Assembly (NCBI RefSeq): GCF_009914755.1 | Contig: NC_060937.1 | DNA: 64,000 nt | Direction: 5' to 3' (one strand) | DNA from: the human T2T-CHM13v2.0 reference genome, Homo sapiens | Shown here: piece after piece, positions 32,087-45,504 of the stretch | Position numbering within the stretch: the first letter of the stretch is position 1 | How the letters are laid out: each line of letters starts with the position of its first letter | Program-made: the position numbers and the translations under genes | The notes under the pieces: model-generated | The model's database searches: none | What the model was told of the DNA's origin: nothing | What the model saw: the letters and a program-made list of their open reading frames with translations, nothing else

Positions 32087-32378
32087 GGCCGGGCGAGGTG
32101 GCTCACGCCTGTGATCCCAGCACTTTGGGAGGCGAGGCGTGCGGATCACGAGGTCACAAGATCCAGACCATCCTGGCAAACACGGTGAAACCCGGTCTTT
32201 ACTAAAAATACAAAAAATTAGCCAGGCGCGGTAGCAGGCTCCTGTAGTCCCAGCTACTCGGGAAGCTGAGGCAGGAGAATCGCTTGAACCGGGAGGCCGA
32301 GGTTGCAGTGAGCCGAGATCGTGCCACTGCACTCCAGCCTGGGCGGCAGAGCGAGACTCCCGTCTCAAAAAAAAAAAA
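32087..32378 (+). mobile_element. AluSc-like Alu, CpG-rich
   Basis: Full forward Alu with GGATCACGAGG and poly(A). Confidence 0.93.
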
Positions 32379-32509
32379 GTCTTAAATTACATTTTAACAG
32401 TCTAGGCCAGAGGAGAATATGCCTCATTGTGGATTTATGTGCCTGCGTCTTCATGTTTAACTTGCTCAAATATCACCTATACGTCCTTTACATTTCTTCT
32501 TACATCTAG

Positions 32510-32703
32510 ACCTTAGCATTACTGACATTCTGGGCCACATCATTCTTTGGAGTTCAGCGATGTCCTGTGCTTTGTAGGATATTTAGCAGCATTCCTGCTG
32601 CATCCCATGAGATGCATAACAACACTCCTACCTCCTCAGATTGTGACAACCTAGACATTGCTAAATGGATTTGGGGGTGTGGGGGTTGGTTTAGGATCCA
32701 CTG
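32510..32703 (+). mobile_element. MER20 (hAT-Charlie)
   Basis: TGTCCTGTGCTTTGTAGGATATTTAGCAGCATTCCTG..TTGTGACAAC..AGACATTGC. Confidence 0.75.
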
Positions 32704-34058
32704 TCCACAAGCTTGGTTAAACTCAGGTTAAACCATTTTGGCAAGAATACTTCTTAAGTGATGTGTATGTCTAGTTGCATTACATCAGTAAGCAGAATAC
32801 ATTAGATTGTCCCATTATTAGTGATTCTAGCTTTGATCTCTTAAGGCAGTGATTTTTTTTTTTAAAAGGTAAAGCTACATTTTCCCTTCTGTAATAAGTA
32901 AGTTATGGCTTGAAACTTTGAGACCATGTGAAGATCCTGTACTCCTAGTCTTTTACCCTGTGGCTTTTAGTATCGTCTGATAAATTTTCCTCTATCAATT
33001 GTGGTTGACTTGGAAAACTGTGATTTTTCTAATTCTATCATTTGTTCTACATTTACTATCTTGTATTGCTCTGAAAGAAAAGATTTTGTCCTCCTTCATT
33101 TTTGGTGGCACTCCGAAGAAATTCAATGTGTTTCATCAATTATTGTCACCATTTTTTGGATGCTCATGTTGTCCCACATTTCTCCAGTAAAAAACCCATT
33201 CTTTAAGAGAATTTAGTGTTTTGTGGAGTACTTTATTATTGTAAGGACCATGCAGTGGTAAATCCTTACTGAATCACACGACATGTGAGAACAAATGACT
33301 TTATAACCAGTGAGAAATTCTGATGATTGGTACAACATATTTTCATAGTTAACAGGTTACACTAACTGAAAAATGTAAATAATTGGTAACAGAAAATTCT
33401 AACCGCCAATAAAAATTATTGGCAATTTATTTTTGAGTCATCTATTTACCTTTAAAATGGCATATCTATTCCTGGCTCCTGTATATGATGGCCGATGACT
33501 ATAAATTGAAATATACCTGTAGCATACGTATGACTTAAACACTGCATACTACTGCACATTGCAGCGAACAGGATGGAGCTACTTGTGATCTAAAATTATC
33601 TAAACAATATACTTGGGAGCAAATCTCAATAGCATTCCATCTAACGAAAGCATCGCGATTTTATAACTATGACTTTTGGGAAGACCAAACGGAATACCCC
33701 AGCTGAAATGAGAAAAATCTGTATTAAGGAATTTTAGCTCCACCCAGGGCAATTATCCCCTTCCTTCCGTAACTGCCAATTTCCTCCCCAATCCCAAGAG
33801 CGCCTCTGCCCAGTTCCGCAGTCTCTGCTCCAAGTCTGTTTTTGATGATGCCCTTAGAAGCAGGGGCAGCGGCAAGCGGCGGAGATAGGGATTAAGTTCC
33901 TAACAGTCTTCTTCCCCTGACCTGGCAGATGGGGACGCTGCCCCTTAGAAGCCTTTTTCCCCGCAATACGGGACGCCGCAGAGGTGAAAGACCAAGAAGG
34001 TGGAGCAAACTTTTAGGGAGCGCCTCTTGGGCCCGCGTACCCTTCCGCCTGTTCCTCT

Positions 34059-34140
34059 CTGATTGGCCAGCGTGAGTCACGGACGCCCAATCGCGCGGTA
34101 GCGTCCGCCGTGCCGCTGGGCGACGGCGGCGCGCATGCCC
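34059..34140. promoter_or_regulatory. Core promoter motifs: inverted CCAAT boxes, AP-1 site, NRF1-like site
   Basis: CTGATTGGCC (ATTGG 34062-66), TGAGTCA 34073-79, CCAAT 34087-91, GCGCATGC 34131-38. Motif matches only. Confidence 0.65.
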
Positions 34141-35056
34141 ACTCAGGGACCCACCCTGCGCCCCAGCCCTCTACAGCGCGGGCGAAGGGCATCGGCGGGG
34201 AAGCGGCTGTGGTTGCCAGATCTGGCAGTACAGAGCCAAGGTGGCAGGGCCGCGCTAGGACACGGATGGTCCCAGGGGGAGGGCAACAGGAAAAACAAGC
34301 ACTGACACAACTGCCCCATTTCCCCATGTCCCCTAAAAGCAGGTTTTCTTGGGCTGACCAGGGCATTTTCACTGTGGTGTCCGACTGGGGCAACTCGATC
34401 TGCCCGCGGGGACTCAAAAAAGCTTGAGCTGCATTTTTTCTTTGCGTCCGGGCGGACCAAAAGGCGAGGTGAAGGGAACGAGTGTTTATAAGAAAGTAAA
34501 CTTTTGTGCAGAATGGGCTGGGGACACCTCTGAGTTTTGCTGCCCGCAACGTGACCTTTTTAGCGCGGTCCTGGACGCGTTCCCTCGCAGCCAACCCGTC
34601 AGTCTCCTCAGGCCTTATCCTGCCCTCTCTGAGGTGGCCGCCTGTGGGCGCTGCAAACGCCACACTTTTGCTCTACGAAGAACCTCCTCGCGACTTTCCA
34701 AGGTGTGCAACTCAGAAAAGCGCCCCCCAAAACAAGTAAAAGCCTTCGGGGAAGAGGCAAAGTCCCTGAACCGTCCTGACTCCAGCCACCAGCCGGTGTT
34801 TGGTGGATCAGGTCCCGGAGCTCCGCAGCCTGGGAGCCCCACACCAGGCCGGCCCCTACGGCCGCTCAGAAAACGCGGCGAGCGGAACCCGCACGCGGAA
34901 GCGCCGGCCGCACTGAGCATGCCCAGTTGCAGAGCCGACCAGAGGAGTTTTTTCTTTTCTTTTCTTTTTTTTTTTTTAAGGGGGGGGGTCTCAAGTAGGA
35001 GGCCTCCCCATCACCCCCACCCCAGCCCCCCACCACCCCCGGCCTAAGCAGCTACC

Positions 35057-35097
35057 ATGGCCCAGGTGGCCGGCGCGGCGTTGTCCCAGGCGGGTTG
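35057..35097 (+). CDS. TDRD3: First coding exon (41 nt, phase-2 end) of Tudor domain-containing protein 3, long isoform: MAQVAGAALSQAG(W)
   Basis: Strong Kozak context GCTACCATGG and consensus donor TG|GTAAGT at 35098-35103, inside the CpG island. The peptide matches my recollection of the TDRD3 N-terminus MAQVAGAALSQAGWYLSDEG. Too short for the ORF track. Confidence 0.9.
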
Positions 35098-35292
35098 GTA
35101 AGTGGCGAGTCCCGCCGGCTGCCGGGCCGCGGGTGCGGGCCGGGGCCCCAGGGAGGTTGGGTTGGGGGCGGCGGGGTGCGTGTCGGGGTAGGCGGAGGCT
35201 GTCGTCCGCCCCCGGCCTCTCCCCGGGCCCTTCGGGCCGGCTCCGCCCCCGGCGCCACGCGGAGCCCTGCGAGTTCCCCTAGGTCCCCTGGA

Positions 35293-35362
35293 GGCGGCGG
35301 CGGCGGCGGCCTGGGCCCCGGGCGGCGGGCCTGGGCCCCGGGCGGCGGGCGGCGGGCCTGGG
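35293..35362 (+). repeat. (GGC)6 followed by a 20-bp tandem repeat CTGGGCCCCGGGCGGCGGGC x2
   Basis: (GGC)6 at 35293-35310; units at 35311-35330 and 35331-35350. Confidence 0.9.
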
Positions 35363-38152
35363 GAGAGGCCGGGGGCCGCGAGCCGGGCGGGTGGCGGCCC
35401 AGACCCCGGCCGACCGGAGCGCCGGGGAGGACCTGCAGCGCCGTCCGCGCGGCTTCTCCGGGGAGGGGGTGTTTCTGCAGCGGGATCGGGAGGCGAGGGC
35501 TGGGAACGAAGTGCGGCGGAGAGGGACGAACGCGGCCGGAGCCCGCGGGCCCATAGGAAGTTGAGGGCAGAGCAGAGCACAGCCCGCGCTGCGGCCGGAG
35601 CCGCCTCTTCTTACCCCTTATTTCAAAGTACAGTGTGGACCAGTGTGAATCTGCCTTCCGCGGCACACACACAACTTCTGGAGCTAAGAATGACCGCAAT
35701 GTCAACTCGTGGGGGTGCTCGGTAGAACTTTTCTTGAAAGGATGGTGTTCTGATTTTAAGAGGCCTTTCGTGTCAAGATTTTCAGGATTTGAAAACAATA
35801 CAAAATTATGCGAAATTAGGCAGTTTCTGGAATTGCGGCCATTACGGTTGTAATCATCCCGTTTAATTCAGTAACGCTTTTCCCAGGCTTGCACAGGCAC
35901 ATTCTGGGATGAAGGGTAGGAACGGGGATGAAAAAGATTTGCAACGGCTCTCTGCAATTACTGCTTTAGGAGAAAGAGTGAGGCATTAAAAGACCAAACA
36001 AAACCAGGGGGAATAGTGATAAACCGTACGTACAGAGGAACAGATGAGTGCACTGTGGAATGGGAGGGAGAGTTACTTTCCTAAAGTGGACTTGGAAAGA
36101 TGGTAAGGAAAAGGCTTTCTAGCACAGAGCTGCTGGAGATGACACAGGGAAGCGCTTATTGTTTTGCAGAACCTACACAAGATCTATATGGTTCGTGAAA
36201 GATGTGGATTTGATTTTGTGAATAAAGTTTTTGATCAGTAGAGGGATATAATCACAACTGTGCTTTGAAGAAGCCCCTCCTGATTTTAAAGGCACTTGTG
36301 TTATTATACACCCCATTTTACAGGTGAGGAGACTGAGGCAAAGAGCTGTTAAGTAACTTTCCCAAAATGACATAGCTAGAAAGTGGTGGAGTTGAATGTT
36401 GAGCACAGAGGGCCTGGCTCTGGGCCTGGTTCCTTTAACGCTTATGCGTTATTGTTGTTACAGTTTTTTCGCAGAACAGCATGGGCGTAAAAGATTGTAG
36501 AGTTAAAAACACTGTCTTCAGTTTTGTTTCTGTTCAATAGGAATCTCTTCTTTCAGTTTTTTTACCCACAAGGGTGTCCTGAATAATCTTGGATCCCTCT
36601 TTCATTTGCCTTTCTCCCCATTTCTCATTAGGTTGAGCGTTGATCCTTCACACTAGTAATATTTTCATTTACAAACTCAGTATTTTACTGCTTTCCAACA
36701 TGACCCCCCCTCCTTTGGAAAGATTAGTCTCATTTTTTAGGTCCCGAACACGTGTTGACTTTGTTTTCTCTGGCCTCTTATGCTTTTCCAGGGCAGGGAA
36801 GTGAGTCTTATTTTTCTCCTTATCTGGATTGTCAAGAAATGCACCAGATTGTAGGTTCTCTGTAAAGTCTAATACAGTTGACCTTGGAATGCCCCTGCCA
36901 GTCAGAATTCTCTGGGCAGGGCCTCTGCAGAAGCTTAGGTAGAGTCCCACCCTGCTTCGTTATATTGTTATAAATCTTCAGCAATGTTATATTGTAGCAT
37001 TTGCTACTTTATATTGCAACTTAACTGTTTATGTTTCTCCCACCTGTCTGTGCTGCTTCTGTATGGCAGTGACTCATAAAGGCAGTAGTAATCTGCGGGG
37101 CTAAAAACACTATCTTTCTAGGAATTGTGAGTTTCATGTAATTCCTGCTAGGTCTCGAACAGACTAGGCATGAGGATCTCCTAGGCTTTCAGGTGGCTTC
37201 TACTAGGTCTTTAATTGGGGACTTACTATGTTAAAATTTAGAATCACAAAGGTTTAAAGGCAGAAAAGAGCACTGGAGGGAAAATTTCTGACTGAAGGGC
37301 TTTCACCAACTCATTTTAGTTCTTATATCCTGAGTTTGCTCTTACACTTGGGGTTCTCTGTTAACTGTCACTGACAAACCATTTTTCTTAGTATTCAAAT
37401 CTATGTACTTAGTTACTTGTAGAAGCTAAAAAGAAGTAGATGCTAAAACATGGACACACTATTGTTAAATCTGTTCTATAGGCTTCACCTAAAATAGCAG
37501 ATTAGGGAAATATTTAGTGCTGAAAAGTTTACAATTCTGAAAATGTGATCTTCAGGGGGGTACAGAAGATCTATGTAGACCAATCTGTTCAAGTTTACAT
37601 TATTTTTAAGCGCAGTTTTTTTCCTTCTTAAGGTTTTAATCTTCATTAGAACCCCTATAAAAATCAGTATTTTAAAATATAACTTCAAAAGTAGCTACCT
37701 GGCGGACTTAAAATAATTTTTGTTCTTCAATGGCCAGTAGCACACAAACTATTAGATTTTGCTGATTTGAACTTGAATGTTCCAGGGCTTTCTACAGAGT
37801 AGTGATAATGTTTAAATAATGCACTAAATGGTACCTTGTAAAGCTTAATTATATGCATGGAATAACTTCACGGGGAGAAGAAATTTGACTCTGAATTTAT
37901 CTAGATAACAATTTTACTCACTCTGCATTTTTGTTTTCTCTCTTCAGAGGTTCATTCTCCTTTAGGATGATATCCCTGATCACTGTGAGTGGAAATATAA
38001 AATTCTACTCACAGGAGAAAGATTCAAAATGTTGATCTCTGGACATTTTGAATTTTTCTCTTCCATCTCCTCCTTTGTTTGTTTGTTTTTAACAGAAACC
38101 TGTCACGGGGTACCTAATCAGTTGTGTTTTTGTTTTTGAAAATGTATCTTCT

Positions 38153-38445
38153 GGCTGGGCGCAGTGGTGGCTCATGCCTGTAATCCCAGCACTTTGGGAG
38201 GCTAAGGCGGGTGGTCAGGAGTTGGAGACCAGCCTGGCAAAAATGGTGAAACCCCGTCTCTACTAAAAATACAAAAAAATTAGCCAGGCGTGGTGGCAGG
38301 CCCCTGTAATCCCAGCTACCTGGTGAGGCTGAGGCAGGAGAATCGCTTGAACCCAGGAGGCGGAGGTTGCAGTGAGTCGAGATTGCACCATTGCACTCCA
38401 TCCTGGGCGACAGAGCGAGACTGTGTCTCAAAAAAAAAAAAAAAA
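38153..38445 (+). mobile_element. AluS
   Basis: Dimeric Alu with a ~10-nt left-arm deletion and poly(A). Confidence 0.93.
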
Positions 38446-38859
38446 GTGTCTTCCATGGAATTAATGTTGCATAGCTTAACTCTCTCTCTGTGCATATGAA
38501 GAAACTGAAGCACAGAGAGTTTCAATAATTTGCTCAGAGTTATAAATGGCAGAACCAAGAATAGAGCCCAGATGTCTAGAATAAAGATTCAGTACTCATT
38601 TCCACCAAAAATTAACAGAAGTGACCGCATCTAATTTAAATTATTGATCAAAAGTGACACATTTAAAAATTGAAAATTGGGTTGAAGCATTTTGTGGTGT
38701 GTAAATTTACTTTCCTAGTCCAGGAAAGATAAAGGGCTTATTCTGAGGGGTGATCCTATTAGAATCAAATAAATCTTTGCCTTGCAGTGAATCAACTAAT
38801 TGTGTACTAGGCTTATCTGAAAATCTGGTAAATTCTGTATTTTTTAAGGTTTAAGAATA

Positions 38860-39188
38860 CAGTTGGCCCTCCATATCTGTGGGTTCTGCACCCTTGGATT
38901 CAACCAGTCACAGATCTAAAATATTTGGAAAAATAAAAAAAAATAAAAATAACAATACAACAACAAAAATAATATGAATAAAAAATAAAATATAATTTTA
39001 CATAGCATTTACACTGTATTAGGTATTTTAAGTAGTCTAGAGATGATTTCAGGTATGCAGGAGGATGTGTGTAGGTTATATGCAAATACTACACTACACT
39101 ATTTTGTGTCAGGGACTTGAGCATCAGTAGACTTTGTTATCTGTAGGGGCCCTGGGACCAATCCCTTATGGATACTGAGGGATGACTG
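38860..39188 (-). mobile_element. Tigger3a/MER2-type TcMar MITE
   Basis: TIRs CAGTTGGCCCTCCATATC / GATACTGAGGGATGACTG, flanked by TA on both sides. Confidence 0.9.
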
Positions 39189-40383
39189 TATCTGAAAAAG
39201 TGGGACACTGTATTGTGTGTCTTTGCTTCTTTTACCCAGTAGTTTGAGTTGAAGACCCTTTAAGGTAGCATATGAAATAGCATTTCCATTTTGTTCTGAA
39301 AGAACATGTAGTCTTAGGAAGCCCAGTTTTCTAACACCCAGGTGTTAGCCATGGAGTACTCCAGGTTTTGTTTTGTTTGTTTGTTTTGAGGGCAGAGATG
39401 GGATGGAGAGGATAAACAAAGGTCTCCTTCTTACCTCTTGAATTTCACTTTCCCCTTTGGGGTTATCTCCATTTGATTATTGGTGCTATCACCATGCTAA
39501 CATCCTCTGGCCCAAGTGCATACATAACTCCTTTCCCTTCATTTCACCTTTGAACAACTAAGAAAGCCTACAGCTTATTAAGGTCTTTGTCAAAATGTAG
39601 AACTGGAAAACAACCATGGGATAAATAGAAAAAAATAAGAAGCATAATGACAGTATAGGTTATAAAGTGATTATTGCACTCTTGTATTCAAGGGCCCACT
39701 CTATTCCACATTACTTTGAAGATAGCTACTACAAAGATGTGGAACAACTTCAGGATATTTTGCTGGAATTTCTAATTCCTAGTTTTTGACCTGTCCACAG
39801 ATGAAGGGCTTCTTTTCACATTCCATTACATAGAGGCTTCTTCTCAAACACATTAATGATCATGACTAAGAAATTCAGATACCCAGCCTGCAGCCACTGC
39901 TGTGCCTTTGTTTGTTTGGTTCTAGTTTTCTTAGAGACACACCTTTTTTCCAGGAGATTGCTGGTGAATGATCTCACTCTTCAGATGAGAAACATTGTGT
40001 AGCAGCATCAGTACAACCTCTGCAGTAGCAGTAATGTAATTATACCTTCTTATACTAGTGGTAATAGACATAAAATATGAGTTTATGCATATAATAAGAG
40101 GGTATTAGAAGTTTTGCTCCCTCACCATTCCAGTACATCTCTTAGAAATAGGTAAATATTTGTAGAGAATATTGGTAGTTCTTTATAAGGTTTAATATTA
40201 AGTGCAGGGTTTTTAAAATCTAGAATTATGATATACCTTTAATTACCATGCTTCATGGCCTTTAAAGTAAGTCACATGTACAAGACAGGCAGATATAAAT
40301 AGCTTGGTATACTCTTTTGGAAAGGATTCGAATCATTAAAACACTTTTTTAGATGCTGAAGAACATTAGAGGAAACCAATTGC

Positions 40384-40570
<187 letters not shown>

Positions 40571-41865
40571 TAGTGGAGCTTATTGGAGACATCCTTCTAT
40601 TTTGAAATATTTTCTATTTCTTTAATGAACATTTGTAACTATCTCTTTGGCTTATATTGTTTGTGAAATGAAAATGTTCAAAGGTAATAAGCCTTGCCGA
40701 CTTTCTGTCTCAAAATATGTTACATATTGCTTTACAGCTTCTGCTGATACTGTAAACTGCGAAAAATGACTGGATGTTTTGTTAAACTGTGCAAGTGTTC
40801 AGGTTTCAAGGTGCTGTTTGCAGTGATTTTTTTTTTTTTTCTGGTGACTAACCTATAAATCTAGTTTCAACTGCCTGTAGACTTGACTGCCTTAAGCATA
40901 AAGGGGGTATAAAAAGAAACTTGCTACCTCAGCAGGTTGAAAATAATTTTCTCCTTTCATACAGCAGCATTTGCTAAATCAACTAAAATTGCATAGTAAC
41001 ATTTTAAGAACCATAAAAATATGACTATATCAACTTTTTTGGCTTATGTTTTCTCCTTTTGACAAAAGAATATTGGCATTTTGACTTATCATGTTTCAGT
41101 TAAGTGCCATCAGTCTAGAAATTCATTCTTTCTGAAAGGTCTAGGATATAGAAGTAGCCGAAGAACAGTATTGCCAGATAAATTTTGGAAGAAGAATACT
41201 GAATGCCCAGAAATTTTCATGTAAAAATTTGAGAAACACTTGTGAAGTCATAGCACAGCAAAGAAAAGCAAACAAGATGGGGCAAAAATGTATGGTAATA
41301 ATGTAAAGTATTAAGAAGGGTGTGAAATCAAAGACACTGATAGCAGAAAAGAAACAGGTTGGTGATGGACAAAAGGAGGAAAGAACTGCATAGACAGAGA
41401 GCCTATATGTACCATAGCACTGGAACTCCAATAGGATTCACATCTCTATTGGATGGATGTGAGTGTGTGTATGTACTTTTCACATGTAGTACAATTTTAT
41501 GGCCTTAAAAGTAGAGACAAATAGCAGTATAGTGCTCTTGAATTATAATATCTTTACAATAATAAGTAAGGCATATACAGAGAAATATGTAACTCTATAC
41601 AATAATATGTGCACTGAAATACATTTAGTAAATATTTATACCTCCTGTACACAAAGCACTGTGTTGCTGAGCTATGATGTACAAGACAGGCAGAATTTAA
41701 ACATGATATACACTGTTATTTTACTTGCAAGATTTTGTTGAAACACATCTGAGAGCAGTTAACCCAGACTTGGGAAGGTTGGAAGCCTTTCCAGTACTGA
41801 TGATGTATAAGCAAGGTTTTTGTATATGTCTTCTTTAAATATCATGTCTTGTGCTCTTTGGCTAA

Positions 41866-42960
<1,095 letters not shown>

Positions 42961-43935
42961 TCAACAAATAATTCTTAAACAGCATATTGTGGCAGGCACT
43001 TTCTTAGTATAGTCAGATATAGTCTTATAGAAAAAAAACCCATTAATTACATATTCAAACATACTGCATCTATAAAGAATACTAGAGAGGAGAAGAGACA
43101 TCATTCCAAATGCATGTACTAAGGGGGAATTAGCCTTTTCATGGTGGTCAGAGAATAGCAGAATTACTAAAGGGGAGTTCGTGTTTTCATGGTGGTCAGA
43201 GAATGCTATCCTGAGATCTGGAGAATGAGTGGTAACTGACTAAGTGAGGGGAGCACAGCATCTGCAAAAGTCATAGGGCACTAGGGAGCATGGTGAATAC
43301 AAACATCTGAAGGACCTGGGTGGCTAGAGGGCAAGACAGAGGGACAGTGTAGTGAGATGGAATTAGGAGCTACCTAGGGACAGGTCACATAGCTTGGACC
43401 TTGTTGGCCATGTTAGGATTTATTTTTATTTTGAAGGCAATAGGAATCAGTTGAATAGTTTTAATCATGATGTGAGGGTTATGGTGGGAATAACATCATG
43501 GTTTTGAAGTATCCTTGGACTGAAGAAAATGGAGCTGGGCAGGACTATGAAATAGATGGTGATGGTTGAGATAGAGAGCAGCAGATCGACTTGACAGATA
43601 TTTGGAAGGTAAATGGACAGGACTTTTTGACAGATTGGACATGAATGTGACACAGGAGTTGTTAAAGGCTTGATTTCTAGGTTTTGGACTTGTATCCTCA
43701 AATCAATTACAATTCAGTTAGGGACTGTTAGAAGACGGTCGCATTTTTGGGGGTTGGGTCATGAGTTAAGTTGGTCATTACTTGAGTGTGAGGTCCCTTT
43801 AAGTCATCTAAAATAAGATGTTAGGCATTAGGAAATACCAATCTTGCACTCAGAAGAGAAGACTGGGCTAGAGATAAATTTGGAGTCATTCCAGTATAGG
43901 TGGTGATTGAAATGGTGCATGGATAAGATCATCTA
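42961..43935 (-). mobile_element. L2 fragment
   Basis: Reverse L2 3' end (CATTCAACAAATA..GGCAGGCACT) and a purine-rich body. Confidence 0.65.
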
Positions 43936-43938
43936 AGG

Positions 43939-44226
43939 CTGCAGCTGTCCGGTATGGTGGACATTAGACAAATATGGCTACTGATCACTTGAAATATGTC
44001 TAGTCTAAATTCAGATGTGCTATAAATGTAAAATACGCACTGAATTTGGAAGACAGTACTAAAAATGAGTGTAAGGATCTCAGTAATTTTTATATTGATC
44101 ATACTTTAAAATATATTTTGTTAAAATAATTATTAAATTAATTTCACCTGTTTTTACTTTTTAAAATATGGCTACAAGACAATTTAAAATTACATATGTG
44201 GACATTATATTTGTTGGACAGTACTG
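43939..44226. mobile_element. MER33 (hAT-Charlie)
   Basis: CAGCTGTCC..CACTTGAAATATG..AATTAATTTCACCTGTTT..TTGGACAGTACTG. Confidence 0.8.
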
Positions 44227-45504
44227 ATGTAAGAACCAAGCTTTGAGTAAGAGGCTAGGTTCAAGTACTGAGAAATTTTAGCATTTTTAGAGGAGAATTA
44301 GCCTTTAAGGACCTGCTAGTTAGGGGAAAAAGCTTTAGAATGCATTATAAAGTCATTGAGTTTTCTAAGAACAGAAAATGGACATATCTTTTGGAGTTCT
44401 TTGATAAGACTATTTGATATGGTCACTGTTAGTTTATTGACTTGCTGATATTGGAGACTCAGAGCACCTTTTAAAACACTCTTTATAAATTTAGATATCT
44501 GAAAGTCTTTTAAAAAATTCCCCACAATCTTTCCCCAAATTCCTCTAAATATATAAAATACAAATAAAATTTAGCTGCAGCTTTTCAGAAGGCAGTCTGT
44601 CATGGATATTACATGAAGATGTTAAGAAAACAAAATTTTATTTTATTAAATTTCTAAGTGGGACCATGAAGAGTTTAAAAATTAATAAAGGTGGATTTTG
44701 TAAAATACCTAATGTGAAATAATAAATGTAAGTATTGATGGAAAAACTTGCTAAATAAATTAAGCCAGTATTTTATAATGAATTTGGAATTGACTCAGTT
44801 CAAGCTTTGTTTTGAGAGAGAAATAGGGACATATGTTAAGTTTAGGTGTCCATAACATTGATAGTTTGATTGATGCCTTATGACTTTGTAAGCTTCTGTA
44901 AGGGAAAGATCAAGTCTTCATATTTTTGTAGTATTCCAAGCATTTAGCACGATGTAAGGTGCACAGTAGACACTTAAATACTTGTGGAATGAATGTTACT
45001 CTCATCTTAGTTGGTCTTGGTATCATTCATCATTTTGCTTTTGTGTCCTCAAGGGACATGAAACTTCTTCAAGCTTTTTGTAGAGTAGAAAATTGTTATT
45101 TCTGAAATGAATGTTGTGAAATTTAAACAAAATGTTATGAAAAATGTGATCTCCTCAGAAATGCAGGAAATAGCCTGTTATAGAAAGCTTTCTCTATTTG
45201 TTGATATTTTCTACCTTGTTTATAGAATTCAACTGTTAAGAGATATAACTAGTGATAATGAAGATAATACACTTAAAGGTATATGTTTGTATTTAGTTAG
45301 AAGAAAAGTTTGAAATATGTTGATAACATTTCTTTGCCCGAGACAACCAGCTGTCTCTTTAGGGTCTTTGAAATGTTCTGTTTCAAGGTAATATTAGTAG
45401 AAACTGTTTTCAGAACTATTTCTTTCACATTTGATGTTTTATGAGATAGCAACAAATTCTTTTCTTTTTGATATTTCAGAATTGCTTACAGCTTAGCACT
45501 TCAG

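Larger units (their letters stand above)
33800..35700. promoter_or_regulatory. TDRD3: CpG island, TDRD3 promoter / 5' end
   Basis: Abrupt switch to very high GC and dense CpG in non-repeat sequence. Contains the first coding exon. Confidence 0.95.

Noticed and set aside
34915-34924. GAGCATGCCC p53 half-site
   Set aside because: Only one decamer with no adjacent second half-site; equally compatible with an NRF1-like motif
33892-35853. Long overlapping ORFs of 100-248 aa on both strands in the CpG island
   Set aside because: Pro/Gly/Arg/Ala-rich, several with non-ATG starts, and open in many frames at once. This is expected from stop-codon scarcity in GC-rich DNA. The real coding piece is the 41-nt exon at 35057.
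41145-41306. Purine-rich open stretch after TAG that looked like a possible TDRD3 exon
   Set aside because: The translation (DIEVAEEQYCQINF...) does not match the expected TDRD3 continuation, and the polypyrimidine tract is weak
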